From assembly GCF_006345805.1 (NCBI RefSeq), contig NC_043006.1, forward strand, positions 62,186,001 to 62,250,000: 64,000 bases of DNA, in the 5' to 3' direction. A model generated the notes under the pieces. It was not told the origin of the DNA, made no database searches, and saw only the letters and a program-made list of their open reading frames with translations. Source of the DNA: Octopus sinensis (lineage: Eukaryota). The translations under genes and the position numbers were made by a program. Positions 26,000 through 39,300 of the stretch are shown piece by piece. Every line of letters begins with the position of its first letter. The stretch's first letter is position 1.

Positions 26000-26880
26000 T
26001 GTAATGATCAAAGTTAGATCATAAAAATCATAGTTGGGCTGAACAAGGTCACAAGAGCAAGGAAGATGTAAAAGAATCATCCATATTTAGAGACGTAATC
26101 TTTTTCTCAGTGGGACTGGTTGCTCATAGGAGATCTATTGTTTTGTGCAACAAATTTTACCCAAACATAATACAGTTTTAAGAGACTGATAAGTAGCCAT
26201 CTCACGGCCCATAAATGTCTTTAGGAAGATGCTGTACCGATTCTTTTAAGTTCTCCTCTATTTCTGTGACTACAGGAGAGTCCGCCATACTGCGTGATCT
26301 TGGAATGTCGATGATCCCCCATCACCGTGACCTGTCTTTCCCAGCGTAGCAGTGTGTCTCACAGAAATGTTTCGATGCTGGTAAACTTCGCCTTCTCTGC
26401 GACCTCGGCGTTAGTGCAAAATCAATCTAGTGAATTCTGAGAATGATGCGAAGGCAGTACTGATATAATCGCTCAATAAATGCACTGTTTGTCTTGGCGT
26501 GTCTCTTTTCAACTTCCTTCTCGATTTTGCCATCTAAGGATATGGTGTAATTCAGGCAGCCGAGCTAGACGGCAGTCATTAGTTCAATCTTCCCGGCGGT
26601 GATGAGATGTGTGATATCCTTGCTGCAGTGTGAGTTGATCGGTTACTTGTGTTTACTTGAAAATGATGTCTCAGCCAAAGCGTTGTGCAGCTTCGGCAAA
26701 GCAGTGGGGGTTGCGTTGTACGGTTGTGGACATTGAGGGAAACAATATGTTTAAAAATACTCGGGGATTGCTTTGTTCCACTGTTTTTGTTGTGAGCTGT
26801 GAACGTGCAGGTGCGTCAGGTTGAAGAGACAGACGTCAGTTGGTTACCAGATGTAGATACCAACGTCATCACCAGGATAT
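26000..26880 (-). mobile_element. RTE-clade LINE 3' fragment (decayed)
   Basis: Minus strand remnants LFNLTHL, CFAEAAQRFG and LLRWERQVTVMGDHRHSKITQYG, similar to RTE LRWAGHV.RM.D.R.PK...YG. Confidence 0.75.
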
Positions 26881-27904
26881 TCAGTGTCCAGCTGTCTGTG
26901 AAAAGGTTCTACTTGTGGACACACTAGTGCCCTACCCTTGGTAATACGGAAAATTTCAAACATTATTATTTCTAAATCTGTCAAGGAGAGACATTCAGTA
27001 ATAGTACTTTAAAGTAAAGATTATTGGCCAACAAAATGTGACAGCCCCGGTTGGGATGAAAGTTACTGTTATTTAGCCCCAGAAAACATCGTTTCCAGCT
27101 GGCTATACGACACACTATCTGTGTCCTTATAAATTAGAACTGGGGAGTTTAGCATCTCTTCTCACCACAAATCAATATCTGCGGACCGCAATTTCTGGGA
27201 TATTTTTCTTCCACGGTACCGAATAACTGCTCGCTTAGAGGTGGGGCTGCTAAATCCTTGTTCAAAATTATATATCCAGCTCTGATCGTCTGGATTTTTA
27301 TCTCAAGTAGGCTGTATACTGTGTACTGGTCAGTGGTGAGAGAAGCAATTAATGTCAGGCCAGCCTACTAAATTATCTAAAGTGATAGGATTATATGTCA
27401 GCTTAATCTTCGTAAAGTGGGCAAGGCATAAGGTAGTAATAATGGAGAAAGTGATGTGGAGGGGATGATAGTGAAAGAAAGTAAGATAAAGAAAACTGAA
27501 TTTACTTAGATTCATTAAAGTATTAAACATCTTGAGAAATAATGGTTTAAAATCCTAAACTAAATTAAATAGGGGTAGGAATCAAGTCACAATTTAGCAT
27601 ACTTATAATGTTATAGCATTAAAACAAATTTAAATGATTAGATATATAAGTGACGCAAATTATATTTAAAATTATTAGGAAAAAGTGTAGAAAAAATATC
27701 TTTAAAATATATACTTAAGAGTGTATTAGATACAAAAATTTAGAATTTTGGCTCATAATCTAATAAGGAATATAATGTATTTTAAATATAACGATATAAT
27801 CATACCTTGTATATTTTATATTTGTATCCTTTTACATATATTTATTTAAATACATTCGTTATTAGCTTATGAGTCAAAAGTCTAAATTTTCATGTATCTC
27901 TCTC

Positions 27905-28304
27905 TTTACTCTTTTATTCATTTCAATCATCTGACTGCGGCCATGCTGGAGCACCGCCTTTAATCGAGCAACTCGACCGCGGGACTTATTCTTTTGTAAG
28001 CCCAGTACTTATTCTATCGGTCTGTTTTGCCGAATCGTTAGGTAACGGGGACATAAACACACCAGCATTGGTTGTCATGCAATGCTAGGTGGACAAACAG
28101 ACACACACACAAACACACACACGCATATATATACATATATACGACGGGCTTCTTTCAGTTTCCGTCTACTAAATTCACGCACAGGGCTTTGGTCGGCCCG
28201 AGGCTATGGTAGAAGACACCTACCCAAGGTGTCACGCAGTGGGACTGAACCCGGGACCATGTGGTTGGTAAACAAGCTACTTACCACACAGCCACTCCTG
28301 CGCC
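27905..28304 (-). mobile_element. tRNA-derived CORE-like SINE, full length
   Basis: Reverse complement of the 21098-21555 family along its whole length. Confidence 0.9.
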
Positions 28305-28429
28305 TATCTAATACATTTATTTATTATTTTTATCTAGTTTCAGCTCACAAGCTGTGGCCATGCTGGGGCACCGCCATTTGGTGTTGCTACATGATTTGAC
28401 TTTACGAATGCATTTTAGCAATTGCCATT

Positions 28430-30300
28430 TGGTGCATATTTTACCTCCCTTCAGTTTTCTTGGGAGTTTTCCAGTTGCAAGGAAGCTCTGAAAGAGGAAC
28501 TGCAGTGGTCTTGCTAGGGTTCTCTTACATACTTTGAGAAGGCTTGCTGGGAATCCATCGGGGCCAGTAGTTGAGTTTGTTTTCATTTCATCAATAGCCT
28601 TTATTACATCGTCTTCCTTTATATTGATGTAATCAATCATCGCTCCCTTTGATTTTATATCTGCAGTGGTAAAGAAGTCAGTTGGATTGCTGACTTGAAA
28701 ATGCCCTAGGGGTGGAGTGAAAATACTCTTGAATTGCTCATTTAGTATTTCACTTACCCTCATTGGATTTCCTGTGAGTGTGCCATCCTTTTCAAGGAGT
28801 GGCCCTATCCTACAGTGCACCGTAGCTGTTTCTTTGGCATACCTGTAGAAAGCTCTGGGGTTAGATTTTATGTTGTCTATAGCCCAGGCTTCTTTGTCTG
28901 CTCTTTCTTTTTCATGGGAGAGTTGCAGACATTTTTCAATTTCCAACAGTTTTATTTTCAGGCGGGACATTTCACTGCTTTCAATTTGTTTGTTTAGGCG
29001 ATTTGAAACTTTTGTACGCCGTCTCATTAGAGTTTTCCTCTCTCTGGGGATGTTGCTCTTGTGTACACTGGCCTTTCTCTCTGGGACACATTTGTAGCAT
29101 ATGGCTTGCATTACAGACATGAATTGTTGAAGTTTCATGTCGATGTCTGGCGAGGATAGACATTCAGGCCAGTTTTGTTTGAGGATCTCTTTCTCAATTT
29201 GTTTCCAGTTTGCCTTATGGAAGTTCAAGCTGGAAAGATTCTGAGAGTTTCTTGTAGGCTGCATGTCCATGCTTTCCTTTGGCCCGTACATGGTCAGTTC
29301 TACCATGTTGTGATCCGAGAGTAGTGTCGGTGTCACTTTCACATTATGGATGAGATCCATATTATTTGTGAAGCAGAGATCCAGTATGTTACCTGCTCCG
29401 GTTGGTTGGAGTGTTACTTGCTCCATGTACAGAGTGTTGATGAGGTACAAGAGGGACCTCGCCTGTCCTCGTTCACATCGTGTCATTCCTGGGAGAGAAA
29501 GGCCCTCGGGCCATCTGACATTGGGTAGATTGAAGTCTCCCATAAGAATTACACTTATGTGTTGTTCTAATGTGACTAGAACTTCTATTTTTATAAGGCA
29601 TTCTTCAAACTTGCCTACATGGCTTGGGGCATCTGGAGGGCGATATGTAGCACACACAACTACACCAAGTTGCCTTATATGTACAATGAGTGTGTCACAC
29701 ACCGCATTTGAGTATGACAAAAGGTCCTGGGGTGTGAGGTCCTCAAGGATGTACATAGCAACTCCTCAATGACTCCTTTCTTTTCTGTCGGTCCGTAGTA
29801 CATCATACTGTGGTATGTGTATTTCCGCATCTGCTATGTCCGGTTTCAGGTGTGTTTCCGTAAGTGCTAGGCATAAGGCTTGATTGCATGCAACAAAGTC
29901 TCTCAAGAACGGGAATTTTGTCCAATTACTGAATGTTAGCAGTCCTCTGATGTTCAGTAGGAGCATCGATGTGAGGTGTATGCTGTTGCCGGCGGTGTCC
30001 ACCTTGCGTCTATTTGCTGTGGCGGTCTTGTGTATTGTGGATAGTCCCATCTGCGAGTTTGAGTTTGATGGAACCAGGTTAGATGCTGTACAATCTTTTA
30101 TGCCATGCACAAAAAAGATTCTTGTTCAGCAGCTGCCCTTTCAATAACATGTTAGCGGTTTGTAGCACTTACCACATCTGCGTACCTCCGTTTTGGGGCA
30201 GGTGGTGGGTGGTCCATTCCTTTTCCTTTTGGTAGTTGGTTTCTGACCTGTTTCGTGTTTATGTGGCAGGGTCTTTGATGTGCAAAACGGCAGCCTGCAC
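28430..30300 (-). mobile_element. CR1/L2-group LINE: ORF1 end and ORF2 APE endonuclease through RT start
   Basis: LNIRGL, LALTETHL, YRPP, MGDFNLP, NILDLCFTN, SDHNMV, GPDGFPA; ORFs 29766-30110 and 28317-29756 are in frame, separated by one TGA. Confidence 0.92.
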
Positions 30301-30537
30301 CTTCCTATATGTGTTTTTATATATGTTTTGAAATAATTGTTAATATATGTTTTTAAATAATTTTTGGGCTAAATATGTTGAAGATCATGAATTCATGTGA
30401 CGAAAACTGTTTAATTACAATGATGTAATATTTTTATTACTCAAAGGAGTCGTAATGAATTCAAACGGCCGTAATGAATGGACACCTGTACTTCTTGTTA
30501 CTCATTTATATTTTATGTGTGTATGTGTGAAAATATA

Positions 30538-30700
30538 GGCACAGACGGAGCTGTGTGGTAAGAAACTTACTTCACAACGACATGTTTCCGGCTTCAGTCA
30601 CACTGCGTGGCACCTTCGGCAAGTGCTTTCAACTATAGCCTCGGGCCGTTCAAACATTTGAGATTGGATTACTTGGACAGAAATGAAAAGAGAGCGTCTC
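30538..30700 (+). mobile_element. 5' half of CORE-like SINE
   Basis: GCTGTGTGGTAAGAAACTTACTT...CACTGCGTGGCACCTTCGGCAAGTG. Confidence 0.75.
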
Positions 30701-30707
30701 ATCTATA

Positions 30708-31325
30708 CAGGGTGTGGTGAACATATTGTCTACATTACGCAAAAATGAAAATAACACTGACATCTCATTTTAACAGATATATTTACTAAGATTACATAGC
30801 AATATCTTGAAATACTAAAGATTAAATTGAGTAAAATCGACATTGCTCCAAGCAGAGTCTCCAAATGACTTCGGAATCTCCTGCAACGCTTCTGGACTGT
30901 TTCCTTGTTCAATTTGGTGAATGCTGCCATAATCCTTCCTTAATTTCATCTTTGGTATTACAAAGAGTTTTGTTGGTCTCTGACTCAGCTGCGCCCCACA
31001 CATAGTAATCAAGGCTGTTGCCGTTTGGGGAGTTATGTGGCCAGGTGTTAGGGCTGATATAGTCTCAGAAATTGTCTGACAGCGATGACTGGGTTCTCCT
31101 GTTTGTGTGGTATGGTGCAGAATCATGTTACCAGAAATAGGGTCTTCCAGCAGCCACCCACTTGACCCAGGTAGCATTATTTCTTCCAGGTACTTGGTAT
31201 GGGCATCCGTGTTGAGTGTGAGGCCGTGTGAGACGATAAATGGAGGCATAACGTCACCATCACTAGCGATCGCTTCAAACACCATGATGTGACTGAATGT
31301 TTGATTTTTATCACTCTTGGTGCAT
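30708..31325 (-). mobile_element. Tc1/mariner-superfamily element 3' part
   Basis: TA+CAGGGTG terminus; HIMVFEAIASDGDVMPPFI and WPHNSPN...LDYYVWG remnants. Confidence 0.8.
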
Positions 31326-31823
31326 GCACTGTACTCAGATTGACACCTAAACACTCTGAAATGTTCGTACTGGAGCTATATTTTAGCAGTTTTTTTAAAT
31401 ATATATTCTGATGTAATATCTGTACAAGTTGTTTCCCCCTTAATTATAATTTATTGTCTTGATTTGACCGAATTTATCTATTTATTTTTCTTATTTCTGT
31501 ATTGTCGAAAAGCTACAGAGGATATAAACGGCTTCGTACCACTTCTAACATGGTCTTCTCTCCCGCACCCTTTACTTATTTACTCATTTTTTCTTTTAGT
31601 TACATATCCATTGGAACGGTTTTAACATTTGCCCTCGGTTCAAATGTTATTGACCAACTGTAGAGATCGGTGTCCCATTGCGGACAACAGGTGGTGTTCT
31701 CTGTAATATTTCTGTAAGTACGCTATCATAAAACACTACTGTAATATTTTGGATAAATATTAACTACAGTTATTTATGTTAGCATAGGTAATGCCCTTTT
31801 ATAGGCATGTTAGTAATTTTCAT

Positions 31824-31858
<35 letters not shown>

Positions 31859-32123
31859 TGCTAATTTCTTTTCATAACTTTTAAAACATCTTGTTTCCCT
31901 CTTTATGTTGAAATAACACCAAAATAGTTTTCCCTACACCATTGCTAGATCACTATTTTACCTACGGACTTTAAAGCCCGATAATGGAAGATTATATGTT
32001 TTTAATATATTGGGCTTCCATACTTCTTCCTTTCATATTTCTTTCATATTCCATTTTACTTTTGTTTATTTTGGACGCTTTTGTATTAACTGTTATGAAC
32101 CTTCGTGTTCTAGCTCGCATATA

Positions 32124-32183
<60 letters not shown>

Positions 32184-32657
32184 ATATTGGGTTCAGCACA
32201 TACATATTTAGAAAATACGAGGACATTAGTATTCAGGTCATTAAAAGTCACTGCTAAATTTTTATTAGTTTTTTTTTACTTTTCGTTAATCAAAATTATA
32301 TATATACATGCGGTTAAGCAGTGTAGGGAGTCAAACCAGACAACAACGACTGCATAATTAAAGTAGTTAAACATCCATTCATAGAGCATGCGTTTTATCT
32401 GATTTTCGAGTTGTGCACCCATAAATGCCATGTTTTGGACTTATTTATGTATAATTAGTAAGTTTTGAGATGGGCTTTCTGGAAAGATGACTTGTGAGAT
32501 ACTTTTAATATATGATACATTGTAAAGCCTGTTACGTCAAAATACACATTGAGTCCCACTTCATGAAAATCTTACGTTAACATTGTTGGTTTAATATATG
32601 TTTAATAACACCGAACGTATATTGCAAAATATATCTAAATATATTTTCTGGCTTAAT

Positions 32658-32850
32658 CGGCGGTGAACTAGTAGAATCGTTAGCACACTGGGGAAAATGT
32701 TTAACGACATTTGCCTGCCTTTAGGTTCTGCGTTCAAATTCCGACGTGGTTGTCTTTGCATTCCATCATTTCGGTGTCGCTAATTTGAGTATCATTTGAG
32801 TATTGGCGTTGATGAAATCGACAAGTCCCCTCTCCATAATTTCAGGCTTT
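32658..32850 (+). mobile_element. Degenerate Meta-like SINE
   Basis: GGCGGTGAACTAGTAGAATCGTTAGCAC...GTTCAAATTCC. Confidence 0.7.
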
Positions 32851-34208
32851 TTTTCCTATAGCAGAATTCAAAGAATTCAAATGGAGCATATATCATAAAT
32901 ATGTATAAATTACACTGCGATGTGCTGAAAACGACGATAAAATAAATATTTAAACATAATTCATCGCAGTTGTTCAAAAAAGGGGAAAATGCATAACAGT
33001 AGTTCTTAGCATGGAGACATAATTTTAAGAAATAAAGAATTAACCTTTGGGAATAATTTGTGTAATTTTTTACTACTGACATATCAGAGACATGCAAAGG
33101 TTTCCGTTTGTGAAATCTATTCTTTATTTTCTTGTGTTTAATTGTCTACATGAGCTTGGTTGTCTTGTTGGGAATGCTCTTTACATAAGGAAAATGTTAC
33201 GAATAATTTAATTCTCATGAAGGACTTCTGACGTTTTATAAAATCCAACGTTTGTATCGCATTAAACCTGATAGTATCTCCCTCTTGAAATAATTTAGGC
33301 TCGTTCTCACAAAGCTACGTATATAAATATTATGTTCGAAACATTTTCTATGTCCTAATATATAAACCTTTTTCCAGTGATTCCATACTGCAACATAATT
33401 TACTATTTGTACTTGTTATTTGAAGTATATTCAGTCGATATAAAGAATATATGAAATGAACAACAGAAATTTTCAATAGAAATTAATTTCTGAAAATTCA
33501 TATTTCCATTTTACACGATATATCGCGCATCAGAAATGATTTTCATCATTTTGTTTTCTTTGAGATTTGCATCTAAATCACAGTAAATTTGTAAAGTCAA
33601 TACGACAAATTCTTAATCAATATATTTTGTCCGTTAAATATTACATTGTAATGAAAAGCTCGGAGACTTATATGAAAATCTGTTTCTTTAGTCCAATAAT
33701 ATAATGATAAATCTGAAGAATGTTTATTTTAGCGATTGCATCGCAAAAATTGCAAAAATAAAACCGAAAATCTTTTAAAAAAATAATCAATTGACTTTTA
33801 TTTTCTTCTACTAATAGGAAAGAAAATAGCTATGAAATACAATTTTTAAAAAGTTGTTTATAGATTCTTATCTGTTTCCTCAAACGGTAAATGTGATTAT
33901 TATCTTGGTTGTCTGCAGGAAAAAAAAGTGCAGAAAAAACAAACACGTTTGTTTTTATTCGATTTTCACTATAAAAGTTATAATTTGTATTGCAGCATAA
34001 AAAAGCTAATGTCTATTGAGGTTATATTTATATTTGCCATATTTCCTATCGAAGGTTTACGTGAATAGTAGTACTTTTGTTTCTTCGTACAGTACACAAG
34101 GTTTATGTACACCAAAAAACAAACGTGCACACACACGCACACACACACACACACACACATACACATATAAATGTGTATGTGTATTTATATGTGTGTGTGT
34201 GTAGCTAT

Positions 34209-34243
<35 letters not shown>

Positions 34244-34246
<3 letters not shown>

Positions 34247-34361
34247 AGCGTAAGCTCGAAACGTAAAATACTTTTTTTTATTCCTGAGCTTTATACTAAT
34301 ATACCGGCTTGTTTGTACACCACCTGTCTTCATCTTTTGTTTTTTTTTCGTAAACTTTCCC
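34244..34361 (+). mobile_element. Penelope-like terminal-repeat remnant with 3' half of hammerhead, between (TA)n tracts
   Basis: AAGAGC-GTAA-GCTC-GAAACGTAAAA; same family as 9514. Confidence 0.55.
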
Positions 34362-34510
34362 TATATATATATATATATATGTACACGCATATAATATATA
34401 TCTATATATATTTATATATTATATAGGTATATATATGCCTAGCTGTTTTATATGTGTGTGTATATCTATACTTGTATAAATGCGTAAATACATCGATACA
34501 TATACATTCG

Positions 34511-34545
<35 letters not shown>

Positions 34546-34553
34546 ATATATAC

Positions 34554-34626
34554 GCGAGAAAGAAGCAACAAGAATGGATAGGTTTTAGTACTAAAAACCT
34601 ATCCATTCTTGTTGCTTCTTTCTCGC
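34554..34626. repeat. Near-perfect 73 bp palindrome
   Basis: GCGAGAAAGAAGCAACAAGAATGGATAGGTTTT-AGTACTA-AAAACCTATCCATTCTTGTTGCTTCTTTCTCGC. Confidence 0.95.
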
Positions 34627-35309
34627 TTATAAACACCCCACATTACTGTATTGTTAAATCAGTATAGTTTTTTTTGGTGCATCTAAGTTAGGTACCATAT
34701 TCAAGTAAATTTTTTAAATTAACTTGAATCTTTATTGCTCTTTGAATATATATATATATATATATAAAATCACGTTCTCTCTTTGTTTGTCTGTTTGTCA
34801 AATGGCCGTATATACCCGCTAAGGAATTTTCGTGTAACTCTTTCCAAACATGCTAAAGCAACATTCAGTTTGTTACTAAGCTCATTGAAGATTAATAAAA
34901 AATCTATAATAGGATGACTAAGGTCCCTGTAAGAGATCCACACATATAACTATTAACACCCAAGAGAAAGAACCCATTCATTTTCCTAGCCAATGGAAAT
35001 AAACCATTCCTATATTATTTAGTATAAATCAAGATGAGTATGTTTATTTCTTAGTATTTGGACTGTCAGAGTTATTTTCGTAAATTATCCAGTACAAACC
35101 TTAGAGAAGTAAATAGTCTTTTCCTAAACAATCCACTTATTTCGGTTAGTGATTTATTCACTAATATACCTTGAATGACGATTCCTTTCATGTTACTTCA
35201 GCCAATTGACAAGCGCTGCATGAAGAACTGTTCTGCTTTCAGACAAATGCACTGTCATCACAAAAGTCACGCCCCGTTTACGTGTAGCAACACCTTCTTA
35301 AAATAATAT

Positions 35310-35680
35310 CTGGACACCTTGAAAATGGCCAGCGTCTATATTTCACAGAAGACAATGCTCGAAACGTATTCAGAAACCACTTCCGCATATTTCTTCAAAT
35401 TATGCCAATGTGATCTGTTTGCCCGAACACTTTTGTATGTAGATGTCCCCGTGTACTATATCTGGGCCCACAATAGATGAAACAGATGCAAGCCATGAGC
35501 ACGCGTTGAAGTCTGGGAAGAAGATGCTGTCTTCAGAAGTGAGACCATCGGATGGGTGTACACTGTGCACTAATCAGTAATAGTGCTGTCTGCATTTACT
35601 GCTGTACACTGCCAAAGGTCTTACATTATTCACAGACTGGCTAAATTACAGTATGAGTACCATAGATGTCAAACTATGGG
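35310..35680 (+). mobile_element. Helitron RepHel internal fragment
   Basis: HLENGQRLYFTEDNA...FFKLCQCDLFARTLLYVDVPVYYIW...IGWVYTVH, typical of the Rep-helicase linker. Confidence 0.82.
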
Positions 35681-36009
35681 GCACGTGTTTTTGTTTATGT
35701 TTGTGAAGAAGGTCGTCGCTTTCCGTAATTTTTTATCTTTTATATATGCGGGATGGGGGAAAGGTATCTTTTCAAGTCGGCGTAAAAGCGAAAGAGACAC
35801 AGAGAGTGCGATTGGATCGGGGAAGTTCTTTTGAAGTTGGTGTGCCCTCTGTGTGCGTGTGTACGTGTGTGTGTGTGTGTATGTGTGTACCTGTGTGTGT
35901 GTGTCGCTGAAGCCATACATACATACATACATAACGTTTCTCGACGTTTCGCTGACAGTCACTCACAAATTCACTCAACACAAAAGGTGAATAAAAATTT
36001 TCAGTTAAG

Positions 36010-36068
<59 letters not shown>

Positions 36069-36232
36069 CAAAAACACTCAGAGAGGACGTCTCCGCGAGA
36101 ATGAGGAGGCGATTGTGTAGGCTACGGGTGAGGATATTATTTGCAATGCTCAGGCGTGAATGTCCCGATACTTGTTGCAATCCTCTCGGTCTCTCGTCTT
36201 GTATATATGGTGATGATAGCTGCAGCGCGGAG

Positions 36233-36276
<44 letters not shown>

Positions 36277-36314
36277 TGGTATGTATATATGTATGTATAT
36301 GTGTACATGTATAG

Positions 36315-36362
<48 letters not shown>

Positions 36363-39300
36363 GCACACACCTTGAAGCTTGTGTGGGAATGTCTTCGACA
36401 ATGCTATTTATTTAAAAATGTATGCTGGAAGGTAGTTGGTAGGTGTAAGCTTATTTACAAAATGTGTTTCCATACATTTCATTTTTGAGCATTGTAAGAA
36501 AATTTAAACACACAACTCTCACGTAAATCATCGATACAACACGAAGGAGGAGCTTTGTAAACTCGATACAGAATATCTTTTGTCACTACATTTAAAAATT
36601 ACATTTTGTATTGAAAATCCACAACTACCCATATGTTTATATCTATCGATCGATCCATCTAGATGCATAGACAAACAGATCGACATACATACACATAGAT
36701 AGAGAGATAATATTTGTGTTTATTTGTACGTGTATTTGTGCACGCATCTATATTGCCACTTTTTTACCTAGAAAAAACTTTTGACTGTTCCCTGTTAAAT
36801 TCTATGAATGTCGAGAGAGAACAAAATTTACATTTCAAAATATTTGCTTATATCTGCATATAAATAGAGGTAACAAGAACACGGAAAGTTTCCTCGCTGT
36901 GTTGTTAGTGCACAAATATTTACATTGTCAAATTTGGAAACGCAACTATTTTTCTTAGATCCACCCCACTCGTTCCCAAATACATAGTGAAACTGTATTA
37001 AATGTAAATGAACTGAAAAAATAAGTTTCCATTGAAACTGAAATTGTGATAGATTAAAATTATCAATAATAGTTAAAATAAATGGTGGACTGAAAACTTC
37101 CTGATAGTTACTATAAGACAGTCCCTCTGACAAAATCATTTTGACTCATTGAGGATTTGTGAACTGACTCTGTAATAAGGCATGTTGCATGTAAAACATC
37201 ATTTAATTTTTTATATATATTTTTCTATATTTTTTCAAATAATTGCCCAGGAAAGTAATCCAATATCTGTAAGAATGGATCCAACTTTGTAATATGTAGA
37301 GGAGTTTAGCATGGATCCGTGGCGACGAAGTGGCCCACGTTGACAACTGAACATCTGCTAGTTTATATTGCAACGATTCAGCATCGGAAATCGGGATGTT
37401 TTTATGGCAAACAAGATGTAGCGATAACCAACATTTTATTAAACTTTCGACAAATCCAAATTAAAATGGCACACCATGCTCCATTTCAGCATGAAACGCA
37501 CGTTTGAAATATAATGAACGGAAGGTGTTAAGAAGATCCTCCGGAGCAACCAACTGAATGTGTAGTGGCGCATTATTTAAGTTCTGCTTAGAGGCTCTGC
37601 ACTTGTCTAAAACCTTGCCGAATTTCCCTAATATTACCAATCATTCTAACCTATTTCTTGTTAGGCAGCTCGTAGATAATTTTGAATTTGGCTGCCTGCC
37701 TTATCATATAATGCGGAATCATAGCGAAATTCTGGTACGTGAAATAGCATAATTTTAATTTTGACAGTTGTTGGAGCTTCCAGTTCACTGATGCTGATGA
37801 TAGTCATCATCTCGTGTTTTCCTCCTCTATACGTGCTACTGCTCGTCACACTTCTGGATATTTTCATGTTCATACACTCACACACAGAAACACACGCATA
37901 TATATTTACTTGCCTATATACACATTCATGCATCTGATGCCACGACTTTATTTTCTGGATCCCAAAAGATGATCTGTATCATGAGATCCAGACATTTCCG
38001 AACTAACTCAGCTACTCTGTCTCCCCAAACCGATCGGCTGGGAGAATTGTACACATGGTACCTAATGTAAGAAGAACGTGAGAAAGGTCTACTTACTCCA
38101 CTGTGTAAAGACAGCTGTTTCGACCTTCAGGCTATTCCTTAGTTTATCGTCTCCATTAGTATCTCCTAATTTGTTAGGGTATCTTATATTTAGCCTATGT
38201 ATGAATCATGGGTTCTTTTAGATATTGCGTATGTGTTGGTATGCTATCTATTGCTGAATGAATTTTTTGCAAATTATACTTACGCCCGTCTAGTTTATGA
38301 TGTTTCTCGGTGCCTATTTTTCTTGTCAGTTTGCGTGCGGCTTGGATAGTGCGTGTGTTTTCTGATGTTGGTAATATTTTTGGTGGTGGCAGCGGTGGTT
38401 GTAGTGGTGGTGGTAGTTGTGTTGGTGTTAGTGGTGGTGTTAGTTATTGGGGTTTTGACAGTATTGTTGCTGTGGGAGTGTTGTTGTTTAGAGGTATTTC
38501 TTGCAATCTCGATGCTTTCTTTTGCGTATTTTTTCCTTTCACTTTTCTTGTTTATTCCTATTTTGACATGTCTGGGTGTACTGTACAGAATCGTGGTGCA
38601 GCATTCCTTGAAGGTCTTCGTGTTATATCCCTTTGTCTGTTCAGATTTTGATGCTGCTGTTGTTACTGACAATGATGGAAATTGAGGGCGATTATTTTTT
38701 TAATGTTTAATTGCTCTTGTATCGCATCTTGCTGTTGCTATCTGTTTCAAAGCTGTTGCTGTGGTTGCTGCTGCTATAATTGCTGTTACTACAGCTCTTG
38801 CTTCTGCTTTGGCGACTATTGATGTTTCTTTTGCATTTGTTGTCGTTGCAGTTATTGCTAAAGATAAAGTGGATCTGTTGACTTTTCGGTGTTGATATCT
38901 TCCTCTATAGTCGTTGTCGTTTCTTCGGTCTCCCTGAAGTTAGCACGGAAAATGTCCCTTATTTTTTTGGTTCTCATTTTCGCTGGTGTTTCATGTTACT
39001 ATAGAGGTTTTACTTTCATTTAAGATAAGGAATGTAACATTAAAGTGCTTATTAAGTTTTAACTCACTGGCATTTTGTTGCAAATTTCAATGTAATACGT
39101 TCATGCTTTTTTTGTTTTCCACGAAATTCGATAAAATGTTATGTATACCACTCCGACCAGCAAAAGTAAAACTGAACTGAGAAGCTAATCTTTATTTTGG
39201 TCACTTTGGAACAATAGATTTATAAACCATACTATGAATAAAACATAACCACGAGCATCTACAAGGAATGTTTTACCAAACCGAAACAAAAACCAGCAAG

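Noticed and set aside
37319-37620. Faint resemblance to a Myb/MADF-like transposon ORF
   Set aside because: Similarity requires several frameshifts; not supportable by eye
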